DNA from: Myxococcota bacterium
Lineage (GTDB): Bacteria > Myxococcota_A > Polyangia > Polyangiales > Sandaracinaceae
Direction of reading: 5' to 3'
DNA length: 64,000 nucleotides
Assembly (NCBI GenBank): GCA_036149055.1
Contig: JAYZQJ010000088.1
Coordinates: 14,680-78,679 of the forward strand
The notes under the pieces are model-generated. The model made no database searches and was not told the origin of the DNA. It saw nothing but the letters and a program-made list of their open reading frames with translations. A program made the position numbers and the translations under genes. Shown here one piece after another: positions 26,858 to 36,925 of this stretch (within the stretch, counting starts at the first letter, position 1; each line of letters opens with the position of its first letter).

Positions 26858-28390
26858 GTGCCCCGTCGCGCGCCGGATGGATGGTGGGATCGCCTGCACG
26901 CGGCCTTTCACCGGCCGAGCACGGCCCAGTACCGCGCGGTCGACCGGACCGTCTGGGTGCTCATCCTCGTGTCGGTGGGGCTGCTCGCGCTCGAGCCGTT
27001 CGCCCCGGCGGGCGCCGCCAAGCGCGCGCTCCGGGTCGCCGACTTCGTCATCCTCGCGCTCTTCGCGATCGAGCTGTCGCTGCGGGTGATCTCCTACCGG
27101 CCGCCGTCGCTCGAGGTCTTCGACCGGCCGCCGATCGGCACCCTGCGCACCCACCTCCTCGCCCGGCTCTCCTTCCTGCTCAAGCCGATGCAGCTGGTCG
27201 ATCTGATCACCATCATCGCGGTCGTCCCGGCGCTGCGCGGCCTGCGGGTGCTCCGGCTGCTGCGCCTGCTCCGGACCGCCCGGGTCTTTCGCTACGGCAA
27301 CCCCTTCGCCGGGCTGATCGGCGCCTTCGAGGCCGACCGGCTGCTCTTCACCTTCGCCTTCGGCGTGCTCGGGGTGGAGTCGGTGCTCGGCGGCGTGACC
27401 CTCTACCTGCTGGAGCGGGACGAGCCGGGCGCGCAGGTGCACACGATCGGGGAGGGCATCTGGTGGGCCCTCGTCACGTTGACCACCGTGGGCTACGGAG
27501 ACTACGCCCCCGTCGGCGAGGTCGGCCGGGTGTGGGGCGCGGTGCTGATGGTGGGCGGCATGTTCACCCTCGCGCTCTTCGCCGGCATCGTCGGCCACAG
27601 CCTCCTACACGCGGTCCTGTCCATCCGCGAGGAGCAGTTCCGAATGAGCAGTTACGTCAATCACGTGGTGGTCTGCGGGTACGAGGAGGGGCGGCAGCTG
27701 CTGCTCGACAGCCTGCGCGCGGAGCTCGACCTCGACGAGACGAAGGTCGTCCTCTTCAGCCAGGAGCCCCGGCCGGGCGAGGTGCCCCCCGACCTGATGT
27801 GGGTTCAAGGCGACCCGACCAAGCAGAGCGAGCTGGGCAAGGTGCGCATGAGCCACGCCCGGAGCGCGATCGTGGTCGGCTCGCGGGTCGTCACCCCGCA
27901 GCTCGCGGACGCGGCGACGATCCTCACCGTCTTCACCATCCGCGCCTATCTCGACCATCAGGAGGAGACCGCGTCGCGGGAGCGACCGCTCCACATCGTC
28001 GCCGAGATCCTCGACAGCGAGAACGTCGAGCACGCGCGCACCGCGGGCGCCGACGAGGTGATCGAGTCGCAGCGGCTCGGCTTCGCGATGCTCACCCACA
28101 CCGTCGCCTACCCCGGGGTCGGCGACCTCACGAGCCAGATCGTCGCGTCGGGCGCGGCGAGCTTCTACGTGGGGCTGCTCCCCGAGGGGCTGCCGCTGCC
28201 GCTGACCTTCGGCGAGCTCACCCGGGCGGTGAAGGAGCGCCACGACGCGCTCGTCATCGGGCTCCGGGATCCGGAGACCCGGGAGCAGCGGATCAACCCG
28301 CCCGACGACACGCCGGTCCCCGAAGACGCCGAGGTGGTCTACCTCGCCGAGCATCCGTCGCTCGAGCCGACGCACGCGGAGGCGCGATGA
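26858..28390 (+). CDS. Potassium channel with voltage-sensor-like domain and RCK (TrkA-N) domain
   Basis: S4-like LRGLRVLRLLRLLRTAR, filter TTVGYGD, NHVVVCG, GDPT, AGADEVI. Confidence 0.92.
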   Translation: MPRRAPDGWWDRLHAAFHRPSTAQYRAVDRTVWVLILVSVGLLALEPFAPAGAAKRALRVADFVILALFAIELSLRVISYRPPSLEVFDRPPIGTLRTHLLARLSFLLKPMQLVDLITIIAVVPALRGLRVLRLLRLLRTARVFRYGNPFAGLIGAFEADRLLFTFAFGVLGVESVLGGVTLYLLERDEPGAQVHTIGEGIWWALVTLTTVGYGDYAPVGEVGRVWGAVLMVGGMFTLALFAGIVGHSLLHAVLSIREEQFRMSSYVNHVVVCGYEEGRQLLLDSLRAELDLDETKVVLFSQEPRPGEVPPDLMWVQGDPTKQSELGKVRMSHARSAIVVGSRVVTPQLADAATILTVFTIRAYLDHQEETASRERPLHIVAEILDSENVEHARTAGADEVIESQRLGFAMLTHTVAYPGVGDLTSQIVASGAASFYVGLLPEGLPLPLTFGELTRAVKERHDALVIGLRDPETREQRINPPDDTPVPEDAEVVYLAEHPSLEPTHAEAR

Positions 28391-29355
28391 GCCAGCTCGG
28401 GCCGCCCGCCTTCTTCGAGGGCCCGGAGAAGAAGGTCGAGCTCACGGTGGTCGACGATCACCCGTCGCTGCGTCACCTCGGCGAGGCCTTCTGGCACCGG
28501 GTGGTCAACGCGTCCGGCGCCGAGGTGGTGAGCAAGCGGAGCAACGACGTCTTCGACGCCTACCTCCTCAGCGAGAGCAGCCTCTTCGTCTACGAGAGCT
28601 TCGTGACGATGATCACCTGCGGCCGGACGCAGCTGGTCAACGGCGTCGACGTGATGCTCGAGCAGATCCCCGACGAGGCGATCGCGGTGCTCATCTACGA
28701 GCGCAAGAACGAGCACTTCCCGCACGAGCAGGCGTCGAGCTTCTTCGACGACGCGCGCCGCCTCGCCGAGCGGCTCGACGGCCGGGCCCTCCGCTTCGGG
28801 GCGGAGCACGAGCACGCCGTCCGGCTGTTCCACACCACCCGCGGCTACCAGCCGGTGCAGGAGGACCGCACGCTCGAGGTGCTCATGCACGGCATCGACG
28901 AGCGCTGCGCCGAGACCTTCCTCGCCTCACGTCGGCCGCCGACCGGCACCCTCGCGCACCAGCTGGGGCTCGACCGCGCGCTCGAGGGCTTCGAGGTCGA
29001 CGAGTTCGTCTTCGACCCGGCGGGCTACTCGCTCAACGGCATGCGGGACGAGGCCTACGTGACCCTGCACGTCACGCCCGAGCGCGTGGGCAGCTACGTG
29101 AGCTTCGAGACCAACGCGCCCGAGGTCGGTCACGACCCGAGCGGCCTGGTGCAGGAGGTGGTCGAGCGCTTCCGCCCGGAGTCGTTCGACGTCGTGGTGT
29201 TCGAGCCGGACGACCAGCCGGTCAGCGTCGACGTGCCCGGCTACGTCCTGCGCAAGCACGTGCAGGAGCCGGTGAGCGGCTACCACGTGACGTTCCAGCA
29301 CTTCTACCGCCCGTCCAGCCGCCCCGTCCGCGCGTTCCCGATCCCGCTGGAGTAG
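28387..29355 (+). CDS. speD: Eukaryotic-type pyruvoyl S-adenosylmethionine decarboxylase proenzyme
   Basis: FEGPEK, AYLLSESSLFV (E/S autocleavage), TCG, F.P.GYSLN, TLHVTPE...SYVSFETN; ATGA overlap with channel. Confidence 0.88.
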   Translation: MSQLGPPAFFEGPEKKVELTVVDDHPSLRHLGEAFWHRVVNASGAEVVSKRSNDVFDAYLLSESSLFVYESFVTMITCGRTQLVNGVDVMLEQIPDEAIAVLIYERKNEHFPHEQASSFFDDARRLAERLDGRALRFGAEHEHAVRLFHTTRGYQPVQEDRTLEVLMHGIDERCAETFLASRRPPTGTLAHQLGLDRALEGFEVDEFVFDPAGYSLNGMRDEAYVTLHVTPERVGSYVSFETNAPEVGHDPSGLVQEVVERFRPESFDVVVFEPDDQPVSVDVPGYVLRKHVQEPVSGYHVTFQHFYRPSSRPVRAFPIPLE

Positions 29356-29356
29356 G

Positions 29357-30190
29357 TCAGTCGAGCGCGTCGGGATCGACGCCGAGCTCCCGGAGCTTGG
29401 CGGCGTATCGCTCGGCGCGGCGGGCCTCGTCTTCGGCGCGGCGTGCCTCGTCTTCTGCGCGGCGTGCCTCTTCCTCGGCGCGGCGTGCCTCTTCCTCGGC
29501 GCGGCGCGCCTCTTCCTCGGCGCGCACGACCGCCGCGTCGACCATGGTGGAGAGCCGGTCGATCAGCTCGCGGGCGTCGGGCAGGGGCGCGTCGCCCACG
29601 AAGAAGCGGAGCAGGTCGCCCTCGACCGTGAGCTCGACCCCCAGCACGCCCGACGGCCAGAAGCCGCGCTGCGGCACGATCGGGGTGTAGACGCCCCCCG
29701 ACTCGAGGCGGTAGCCGAGGAGCCGGCCGCGGCGCGGAAGGAAGACGAAGTACTCGGGGATCCCGAGGCGCGCGTAGCGCTCGACGTTCTGCTCCAGGTC
29801 CTTGGCGCGATCGCCGGAGACGTGGATCTCGAGCACGAAGTCGAGCCCGCGGCCTTCCTCGCTCACCGTCCACTTGTCCCGGTGATGCGGCTCGACGTCG
29901 AGCACCGCGAGCAGGTCCGGGGCGAACATCGGCTCGTCCGGGTAGTAGATGGGCAGCTCGCTCGAGAGGTAGACCTGCCGCCCGCGCCGGCGGAAGAACT
30001 CGTCGAGCGCCTCGAACGCGCGCTTCTTCGGGACGCGGTGACCGTCGCCCTCGGGCGGCAGCGCTCGCTCGGGCTCGGACGGGAGGCTGGCCACCACCGC
30101 GCGGCGCTCCTCCGGCGTCATGGCGTCCCACTGCGCCTGGGTGGGGGCGCGCGGATCGTCGGCGTCGAAGACGAAGCGCTCGGGCTTCAT
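29357..30190 (-). CDS. Uma2 (DUF820) PD-(D/E)XK family protein with coiled-coil tail
   Basis: APDL, FVLEI.V, YARLGIPEYF; heptad RRAEEEA tail; LRELGVDP end. Confidence 0.9.
   Translation of the reverse strand: MKPERFVFDADDPRAPTQAQWDAMTPEERRAVVASLPSEPERALPPEGDGHRVPKKRAFEALDEFFRRRGRQVYLSSELPIYYPDEPMFAPDLLAVLDVEPHHRDKWTVSEEGRGLDFVLEIHVSGDRAKDLEQNVERYARLGIPEYFVFLPRRGRLLGYRLESGGVYTPIVPQRGFWPSGVLGVELTVEGDLLRFFVGDAPLPDARELIDRLSTMVDAAVVRAEEEARRAEEEARRAEEEARRAEDEARRAEDEARRAERYAAKLRELGVDPDALD
29412..29526 (-). repeat. 21-bp coding tandem repeat (RRAEEEA/RRAEDEA x5)
   Basis: Repeated cggcgcggcgtgcctcttcct units; limits approximate. Confidence 0.8.
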
Positions 30191-30227
30191 GCTCCCAGTG
30201 TCGCGCGCGCGCCGCTCGACGCCAAGG

Positions 30228-30767
30228 TCAGCGGCAGGAGAGGGTGAGCGTCGCGCAGCCCGCCTCGTCGGCGCCGTCGGCGCAGGCCTCGTAGCCGTCG
30301 CATCGGTGGGAGGGGCGGAGCTCGGTCCCGTCGCCGCAGACGATCCGCGGGCAGCCCTCCTCGTCGCTCTCGTCGGCGCAGTCGGGCCAGCCGTCGCAGC
30401 GGGGGCGCCGGCTCCCGAGCTCCTGGCCGTCGGCGCAGACGTAGGGCGTGCAGCCCTGCTCGTCGCTGTCGTCCGCGCAGTCGGAGAAGCCGTTGCAGAC
30501 CTGGTGGGGGGCGATCAGGGCGCCGTCGTCGCAGCGGGGAGCGCACTGCTGGTCGCATTCGATCAAGAGGCTCACGTCGGTCCGGCAGAGCGCCGCGTCG
30601 AGCGCCTCGCAGGACGCGCCGGCGAAGCACGCGCGGTAGCAGGCGTCATCGTAGAGGGGGAGCGCGGGGAGCGAGCCCTCGGAGGCGAAGCCGCACGCGC
30701 GGAGGCGATCCTCGACGGTGGCGTCACAGCCGACGAGCAGGAGGGCGACGAGCAGGAGCCGGTTCAT
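30228..30767 (-). CDS. Lipoprotein with three LDL-receptor class A-like repeats
   Basis: Lipobox LVGC; CNGFSDCADDSDEQGC, CDGWPDCADESDEEGC, CDGYEACADGADEAGC. Confidence 0.85.
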   Translation of the reverse strand: MNRLLLVALLLVGCDATVEDRLRACGFASEGSLPALPLYDDACYRACFAGASCEALDAALCRTDVSLLIECDQQCAPRCDDGALIAPHQVCNGFSDCADDSDEQGCTPYVCADGQELGSRRPRCDGWPDCADESDEEGCPRIVCGDGTELRPSHRCDGYEACADGADEAGCATLTLSCR

Positions 30768-30883
30768 CGGAGCGGCCCAACGCAAGTCACGTGCCTCCGC
30801 CACGCGCGCCGGGTTGTCTCGGGAGCTGTGCCGAGCTGAGCCGAGGCGCGGTCACGAGCGGGCGGGCGCGGCGCACCGGGCGG

Positions 30884-30899
30884 TGGAGCGCTTCGTGCA
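30884..30899 (+). promoter_or_regulatory. Putative sigma54 promoter of DUF2330 gene
   Basis: TGGAGCGCTTCGTGCA fits GG-N10-GC; -12 C lies 14 nt before ATG 30912. Confidence 0.5.
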
Positions 30900-30911
30900 A
30901 CGTGCCGTCCC

Positions 30912-32618
30912 ATGACCAGGCTCACGCGACTTCGAACGTCCGCGCTCTTCGTGAGCGCCCTCTGTGCCCTCGCCTTCGCCCCCGAGCGCGCCTCGGCGTG
31001 CGGGGGCTTCTTCTGCGACAGCTCCCAGCCGGTGAACCAGCAGGCGGAGCGCATCATCTTCGCCCAGGAGGCGGACGGCAGCGTCACCGCCGTCATCCAG
31101 ATCCAGTACCAGGGGCCGTCCGAGCGCTTCGCCTGGATGCTCCCGGTGGCCGGGAGCCCCGAGATCTCGGTGTCCTCCGACGCCGCCTTCGCGCGCCTCC
31201 AGGGGGCCTCGAACCCGGTCTACCGGCTCAACACCCGCGTCGAGGGGAGCTGCGGCGGCAACCCGGCCTCCGACCGCGGAGGCAGCGCGGGCGGCGCCGA
31301 CGCGGGCGCCTTCGGCGACGACGCCGGGAGCATGGAGCCGCCGGTCTCGGTCGTGGACCGCGGCTTCGTCGGCCCGTACGACTACATCGTCATCTCGATC
31401 GATCCCGAGGCGCCGGACGTCGTCGAGGTCGGCCTCGAGTGGCTGCGCGACAACGGCTACGACGTGCCGACGATGGGCGCGGACGTGCTCCGCCCCTACC
31501 TCGAGTCGGGCATGAACCTGCTCGCCTTCCGGCTGGTGAAGGGCAACGACGCCGGCTCCATCCGGCCGGTGCGCCTCTCGTTCGGGCCCGGCCTGCCGTC
31601 GATCCCGCTCCGGCCGACCGCGATCGCGACGCAGCCCGACATGGGCATCCTGGTGTGGGTCCTCGGCCCGAGCCGCGCCGTCCCCGCGAACTACCGGGAC
31701 CTCGAGCTGAACGAGGCGCTCATCAACTGGCTCAACCCCGGCTCCACCTACGACGCGGTGGTCACCCGCGCCGCCAACGAGGCGAACGGGCAGGGCTTCG
31801 TCACCGAGATGGCCGGCCCCGCGGCGCCGCTCGCCGACGTCATCTGGAGCGACGCCGAGGCCACCGAGTGGGCGAGCATCCGGGCGGACGACTGGACCGG
31901 GCGCGAGGGGCAGCTCCTCTTCGCCGTGGCCCGATTCGCCCAGCTCGACGGCGTGCGCGAGGTGCTCCAGACCCACGTGACGCCCCCGGACGGAGTGCCG
32001 GAGGACGCGTTCTACGACTGCGTGTCCTGCTACCTGGACGGCACCGAGGCCGATCTGCCGGGGCTGGAGCCGACCGCGCTCCTCGACGCGATGCAGGCGG
32101 ACGTCATCGACCCGATGGCCGAGACCCGGGCGCTCTTCCTCGAGTCGCCCACCATGACCCGGCTCTACACGACGATGTCGGCCGACGAGATGACGGTCGA
32201 CCCGATCTTCGACTTCAACGACACGCTCGGCGACTACTCCAACGTGCACGTCGCGGATCGGATCATCGAGTGCTCGCCGAGCATCCGTCGGTTCGAGGCG
32301 CCGTGGCGCGTCGAGCTCGAGGGCGGCGAGACGGTGCGCGGCCTGGGCAACACCTGGCCCTTCGACGCGAGCGGCGAGATGCCGGCCAACGCCCGCATCC
32401 GCCGGGTCGGCACGAGCGGGGAGGGCGAGGTGATCGAGGACAACACCGCCGCCATCGCCGAGGCGCTCACGGAGCACAACGCCTCGGTCCCGGGCGCGCC
32501 GACCGGCGGCACCGCCGGCGCCTGCTCGGCCAGCCCCGGCTCGTCTTCGGCGGTCGGGTTCGGCTTCGCGCTCGCTTTCGGGCTCGGGGTCTTCGCCCTC
32601 CGCCGGCGCCGCGCCTGA
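30912..32618 (+). CDS. DUF2330 domain protein with MYXO-CTERM-like anchor
   Basis: ACGGFFC, VNQQAERIIF, FAWMLPV, WLRDNGY, TRLYTTMS..EM..DP.F; C-terminal GAC+TM+RRRR. Confidence 0.88.
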   Translation: MTRLTRLRTSALFVSALCALAFAPERASACGGFFCDSSQPVNQQAERIIFAQEADGSVTAVIQIQYQGPSERFAWMLPVAGSPEISVSSDAAFARLQGASNPVYRLNTRVEGSCGGNPASDRGGSAGGADAGAFGDDAGSMEPPVSVVDRGFVGPYDYIVISIDPEAPDVVEVGLEWLRDNGYDVPTMGADVLRPYLESGMNLLAFRLVKGNDAGSIRPVRLSFGPGLPSIPLRPTAIATQPDMGILVWVLGPSRAVPANYRDLELNEALINWLNPGSTYDAVVTRAANEANGQGFVTEMAGPAAPLADVIWSDAEATEWASIRADDWTGREGQLLFAVARFAQLDGVREVLQTHVTPPDGVPEDAFYDCVSCYLDGTEADLPGLEPTALLDAMQADVIDPMAETRALFLESPTMTRLYTTMSADEMTVDPIFDFNDTLGDYSNVHVADRIIECSPSIRRFEAPWRVELEGGETVRGLGNTWPFDASGEMPANARIRRVGTSGEGEVIEDNTAAIAEALTEHNASVPGAPTGGTAGACSASPGSSSAVGFGFALAFGLGVFALRRRRA

Positions 32619-33106
32619 TGCGACCCGCGCGCGCCGCCCTCGCCCTCGCGCTGCTCGCCCTCACCGGGGCGGGCTGCGCCGAGGCGCCTCCCCACGAGAG
32701 CGCCGCCATCGAGCTCGGCACCGGCTCCTGGCGCTTCGAGCCGCTCGAGGACGGGCAGGAGGTGGAGCTGGTGCGCGGCGCGCAGGGCGGGTGGCACATG
32801 TGGATCAGCGTCCGGGTCCGGGGCCTCGAGGGAGACGCGCTGCCGCTCCGCCTCACGATGCAGCCCGCGGACGAGAGCGCCCCGCCCTCGGAGACCGAGA
32901 TCCGGCTCCGGCTCGACCCGGCGGACGACGAGGGCTGGCGGAAGCTCGTCGGCTACACCGGGATCGTGAACGAGCCGTCGTGCCTGGTGGGGGAGCTGAT
33001 GCGGGTGCGGGTCTCGACGCCGATGGACGACGGGACGACGATGGCGTCGGAGCGCGACGTGCGCGTGCTCGGCGGCGCCTACCCGCCGGAGCCGTGCGCG
33101 GAGTGA
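32618..33106 (+). CDS. Hypothetical lipoprotein
   Basis: TGATG overlap; lipobox GAGC; ELGTG...F.PL.DG......G.QGG.H.W motif. Confidence 0.8.
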   Translation: MRPARAALALALLALTGAGCAEAPPHESAAIELGTGSWRFEPLEDGQEVELVRGAQGGWHMWISVRVRGLEGDALPLRLTMQPADESAPPSETEIRLRLDPADDEGWRKLVGYTGIVNEPSCLVGELMRVRVSTPMDDGTTMASERDVRVLGGAYPPEPCAE

Positions 33107-33151
33107 GGCCCGGCGCCTTGCTCCCCTGGTGAGTCCTTCCTACAGCACGGC

Positions 33152-36100
33152 ATGCGGACTCGCCGACTCCTCGCCTTCGCCTCCTTCGCGCTGCTCCTCG
33201 GCTGCGGCGGCCACCCCGGGGTCTTCGACCTCGCGCCCGCCGCGCGCGTCTCGCTCGGCGCCGCCGGGGGGGACGCCGAGATCGACGCGCTCGCCGCTCG
33301 CTTCTACGGCGAGACCCTCGACCCGGCCGCGATGCGCGCCGAGCTCGAGGCCGCGCTCGAGCGGCACCCGGAGAGCGCCACGCTGCACGAGATGGCGGCC
33401 CACCTCGCGGAGCTGCGCGCCGACGACCGCGCCGCCTGGCTGCACTGGCTCTCGGCGGCCAGCGACACCTCCACGCCCTTCACGGCCGTCTATCTCCAGC
33501 GGGCGCTCGGCCGGGACCTGACGGGCGGCGAGGAGCGGGCCAGCATCGCGCTGCTCCGCGAGATGTCGGCCTCGCACCCGCGCCCGGCCGCCCGGGTCGA
33601 CGCGGCCCGGCGCCTGATCGGGCTGCTCGAGCAGCACGGCCGGCTCGAGGAGGCCGAGCGCCTGGGGGCGGAGCTCGGCTATCTGCGGGCCTGGCGCATG
33701 GTCGGCGCGTTCGACAACGACCAGGGCCGCGGCTTCCAGGCCACCGAGCCGCCCGAGACCGAGGCGCTCGACCTCGACGCGTCCTTCCGGGGGCTGCGGA
33801 GCGAGGTGCGCTGGCGGGAGGTCACCCAGTACGACCGGGCCGGCGTCGCGCAGCTCGGCGCGCACCTGAGCCCCAACCGCTGGGCGGTCGCCTACCTCGT
33901 GACCCACGTGGAGAGCCCGAGCGCGCGCGAGGCGCAGCTGCGGCTCACGACCTCGAGCGCGACCAAGGTGTGGGTCAACGGGCGTCTCGTCGTGGCCCAG
34001 GACCGGCTCGCCAACGCGGCGACCGACAACTTCGTGCTCCCCATCACGCTGCGCGCCGGCCCCAACCGGATCTTCGTGAAGTCGGCTCAGGACGGCAGCG
34101 GCGCGTGGATCTTCGGCGCGCGCCTCACCGACCGCGAGGGGCGCGCGCTCCCCGGGCTGCGGGCGGACGCGGGCGCGCGGGCGGTCGAGCTCGACGCGCC
34201 CGGTGACGACTCGGGCAACCCGAGCCCGCTCGAGGAGGCCCTCGCCGCGGTCGAGCCCCCGCTCCGCCGCGAGCTGCTCCGGCACCACGACGCGGTCCGC
34301 AACGGCTACGAGGGCGACGCGCTCGATCAGGCCCGGGCGCTGCTGGAGCTCGCCCCGCGCCACCCGGTGGTGCTGCTCACCGCGGCGACGACCCACTGGA
34401 CCAACGAGGAGCTCGGGCAGGCGATGGACCTGCTCAACGAGGGCGCCGAGCGCTTCGAAGGGTCGGCGGGGTTCGCCTACCACCGCGGCGCCTTCTACCG
34501 GGAGCGCGACCGCTACGACCGGGCCATCGAGGATCTCGAGCGGGCGCGACAGCTCGAGCCCGGGGCGCGGCTCGCCGCGATGGAGCTGTCGCTGACCTTC
34601 GGGGACCGTCGCTGGCGGGAGCACCAGTGCCGGGTGCTCGACGAGGTGGTGGCGCGCTGGCCGGACAGCGGCTGGGCGGTGCGCAGCCAGGCGTGGTGCC
34701 TGGGGCAGCGCGGCTACGTGGAGGCCTCGCGGCGCGCCTACGAGCGGGCCGACGCGCTGACGCCGGGGCACATCTGGACGCTCCGGCGCCGCGCCGAGCT
34801 GGCCCGGGCCGAGGGCGATCACGAGCGCGCCCTGACGTTCGCGCGGCGCGCCCGCCGCACGCGGCCCTGGGACATGGGCGTCCTCGTCTTCGTCGCCGAC
34901 GAGCTGCGGCTCGCCGGTCGCCGCGCCGAGGCGCGGGCGCTCCTCGGCGCCGGCCTCGAGATCGATCCCGACTGGTCCTCGCCGCATCACCGCCTCGGCT
35001 TGATGGCCTTCGAGGACGGCGACACGGCGGAGGCCCTCGCCCGCTGGGCGGCGGCGCTCGAGCGTGACCCCGACAACGGCCCGCTCGCCGATCGCGTCGA
35101 CTTCCTCCGGGGGGACGAGGACGATCCGGATCGTCAGCTCATGCCGAGCGCCCAGGACATCGAGGCCGCGCTCGCGCAGGCGACCGAGATGGAGATCGAC
35201 CCCGGCGCGCACAGCGTGCTCGTGCTGGACGACGAGGTCACCACCGTGCAGCAGGACGGCAGCTCGCTGCGGCGCATCACCCAGGTGCACCTCGCGGTGA
35301 CCACCGACGGGCGCGACGACCTGATCCTCAACCGGGTGCCCGGCAACGCGCGCATCCTCGAGGCCTACAGCGTCGGGCCGGAGGGCGAGCGCCAGGAGGC
35401 GTCGTCGATCCGCGGCGGCACGATCCGCTTCCGCGGCCTCGAGGTCGGCAGCCGCGTGGTGCTGCAGTACGTCTTCCACGCCCAGCCCCCGCCGTTCCTG
35501 CCCAACCACTTCGTGTCCAGCTGGCTCTTCCAGGGGCCGCAGCGGCAGCTCGGCGTCGCGCGCTGGGTGGTGCAGGTCCCCGCGGGCCGCGAGCTCGCCA
35601 CCCACGTGCAGGGGCCGGTCGAGCACCGCGTCGAGCGCGGCGAGACCCACGACACGCACCTCTTCACCGCCGCGGGCGTGCCGCCGCTCCAGCCCGAGCC
35701 GGCGATGCCGCCGATGCGCGACGTGCTCGCCATGGTGACGCTGTCGACGCTCACCGACTGGCAGCAGTACGTGGACTGGGAGCGCGCGCTCTTGAGCGAG
35801 GTGTTCGAGAGCAACCGGCAGCTCCGACAGCTCGCGCAGCGGCTGACCGAGGGCGCCGAGACGCCCGCCGCGAAGCTCGACGCGATCTACCGCTACGTCG
35901 CCCAGGAGATCCGCTACCAGCAGGACTACGAGGACACGATCGCGGGCGTGCGGCCGCACAGCTGCCCGGTGGTGCTCGAGCGCGGCTATGGCGACTGCAA
36001 GGACAAGGCGGTGCTGATGATCCTGCTGGGCCGCGAGGTCGGGCTCGACATCCGCTTCGCCATCCTGCGCACCACCAACGCCGGCGCGGTGCGGCGCGAG

Positions 36101-36925
36101 GTGCCCAACCAGCAGTTCAACCACGCGATCGTCTACGTGCCGCAGCAGGACGGCATCGACGAGGCGCGCTTCATGGACCCGACGACCGACCTGCTCGACG
36201 CCGGCAACCTGCGCGCCGACGATCAGGGCGCGACCTCGCTCGTGCTCGACCCCGACAGCGGGGCGTGGGAGTTCGTCGACATCCCCTATCAGCCGGCGGA
36301 GATGACCTACTTCTCGTGCGACGTCGACGTGAGCGTCACCGGCGCCGAGCAGGCCACCGCCGACGCGCGCTGCCGGGGGCGTGGATCGATGGCCTCGGCG
36401 TTCCGGCGCATCATGCGCAACGAGGAGAGCGCCTCGCAGCTCCGCCAGAACCTGGCGCAGGGCATCTTCCAGGGCTCGGCGGTCACCGGGCACTCGGTCG
36501 CGCACGCCGAGGACGCCGACGCCCCGCTCGAGCTGAACCTCGAGCTCGACGCGAGCGCGGCGCTCCAGCCCCAGGGCGAGGAGCGGCGGCTGCGGGTGCC
36601 GTCTCCCTTCAACCTCGGGCGGGTGACCCGGCTGGAGCGGCGGCGGCTCCCGCTCCGGCTCGGGGTGCCGGACTCGGCGCGCTGGGAGGTCACCTTCGAG
36701 GCTCCGTCGGGCGGCCGGGTCGTGCGCACGCCGGAGGACTTCACCATCGAGCACGCCTGCTTCCGGGTCTCCCGGACCACGGTCACCCGAGGTCGGCGCG
36801 CCACCGTGACCATCGACTATCGCCGGACCTGCGCCGAGGTCTCGGCCGAGGACTACCCGGAGCTCCGCCGCCTCGCGCAGCGGGCGCAGAACCAGCTGCA
36901 GGCCGACGTCGTCATCAGCCCTTGA
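33152..36925 (+). CDS. TPR + DUF3857 + transglutaminase-like lipoprotein
   Basis: Lipobox LLGC; TPR-like helices; IRY, GDCKDKA (Cys), FNHAI (His), MDPT (Asp) triad. Confidence 0.88.
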   Translation: MRTRRLLAFASFALLLGCGGHPGVFDLAPAARVSLGAAGGDAEIDALAARFYGETLDPAAMRAELEAALERHPESATLHEMAAHLAELRADDRAAWLHWLSAASDTSTPFTAVYLQRALGRDLTGGEERASIALLREMSASHPRPAARVDAARRLIGLLEQHGRLEEAERLGAELGYLRAWRMVGAFDNDQGRGFQATEPPETEALDLDASFRGLRSEVRWREVTQYDRAGVAQLGAHLSPNRWAVAYLVTHVESPSAREAQLRLTTSSATKVWVNGRLVVAQDRLANAATDNFVLPITLRAGPNRIFVKSAQDGSGAWIFGARLTDREGRALPGLRADAGARAVELDAPGDDSGNPSPLEEALAAVEPPLRRELLRHHDAVRNGYEGDALDQARALLELAPRHPVVLLTAATTHWTNEELGQAMDLLNEGAERFEGSAGFAYHRGAFYRERDRYDRAIEDLERARQLEPGARLAAMELSLTFGDRRWREHQCRVLDEVVARWPDSGWAVRSQAWCLGQRGYVEASRRAYERADALTPGHIWTLRRRAELARAEGDHERALTFARRARRTRPWDMGVLVFVADELRLAGRRAEARALLGAGLEIDPDWSSPHHRLGLMAFEDGDTAEALARWAAALERDPDNGPLADRVDFLRGDEDDPDRQLMPSAQDIEAALAQATEMEIDPGAHSVLVLDDEVTTVQQDGSSLRRITQVHLAVTTDGRDDLILNRVPGNARILEAYSVGPEGERQEASSIRGGTIRFRGLEVGSRVVLQYVFHAQPPPFLPNHFVSSWLFQGPQRQLGVARWVVQVPAGRELATHVQGPVEHRVERGETHDTHLFTAAGVPPLQPEPAMPPMRDVLAMVTLSTLTDWQQYVDWERALLSEVFESNRQLRQLAQRLTEGAETPAAKLDAIYRYVAQEIRYQQDYEDTIAGVRPHSCPVVLERGYGDCKDKAVLMILLGREVGLDIRFAILRTTNAGAVRREVPNQQFNHAIVYVPQQDGIDEARFMDPTTDLLDAGNLRADDQGATSLVLDPDSGAWEFVDIPYQPAEMTYFSCDVDVSVTGAEQATADARCRGRGSMASAFRRIMRNEESASQLRQNLAQGIFQGSAVTGHSVAHAEDADAPLELNLELDASAALQPQGEERRLRVPSPFNLGRVTRLERRRLPLRLGVPDSARWEVTFEAPSGGRVVRTPEDFTIEHACFRVSRTTVTRGRRATVTIDYRRTCAEVSAEDYPELRRLAQRAQNQLQADVVISP

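Noticed and set aside
29357..30190. Uma2 protein as a restriction/defence system
   Set aside because: It belongs to a widely expanded paralogue family in myxobacteria and has no methyltransferase or other partner here.
33140..36754. 1204-aa minus-strand ORF
   Set aside because: It is antisense to the TPR/transglutaminase gene; stop-free shadow frames are expected at this GC content and it has no motifs.
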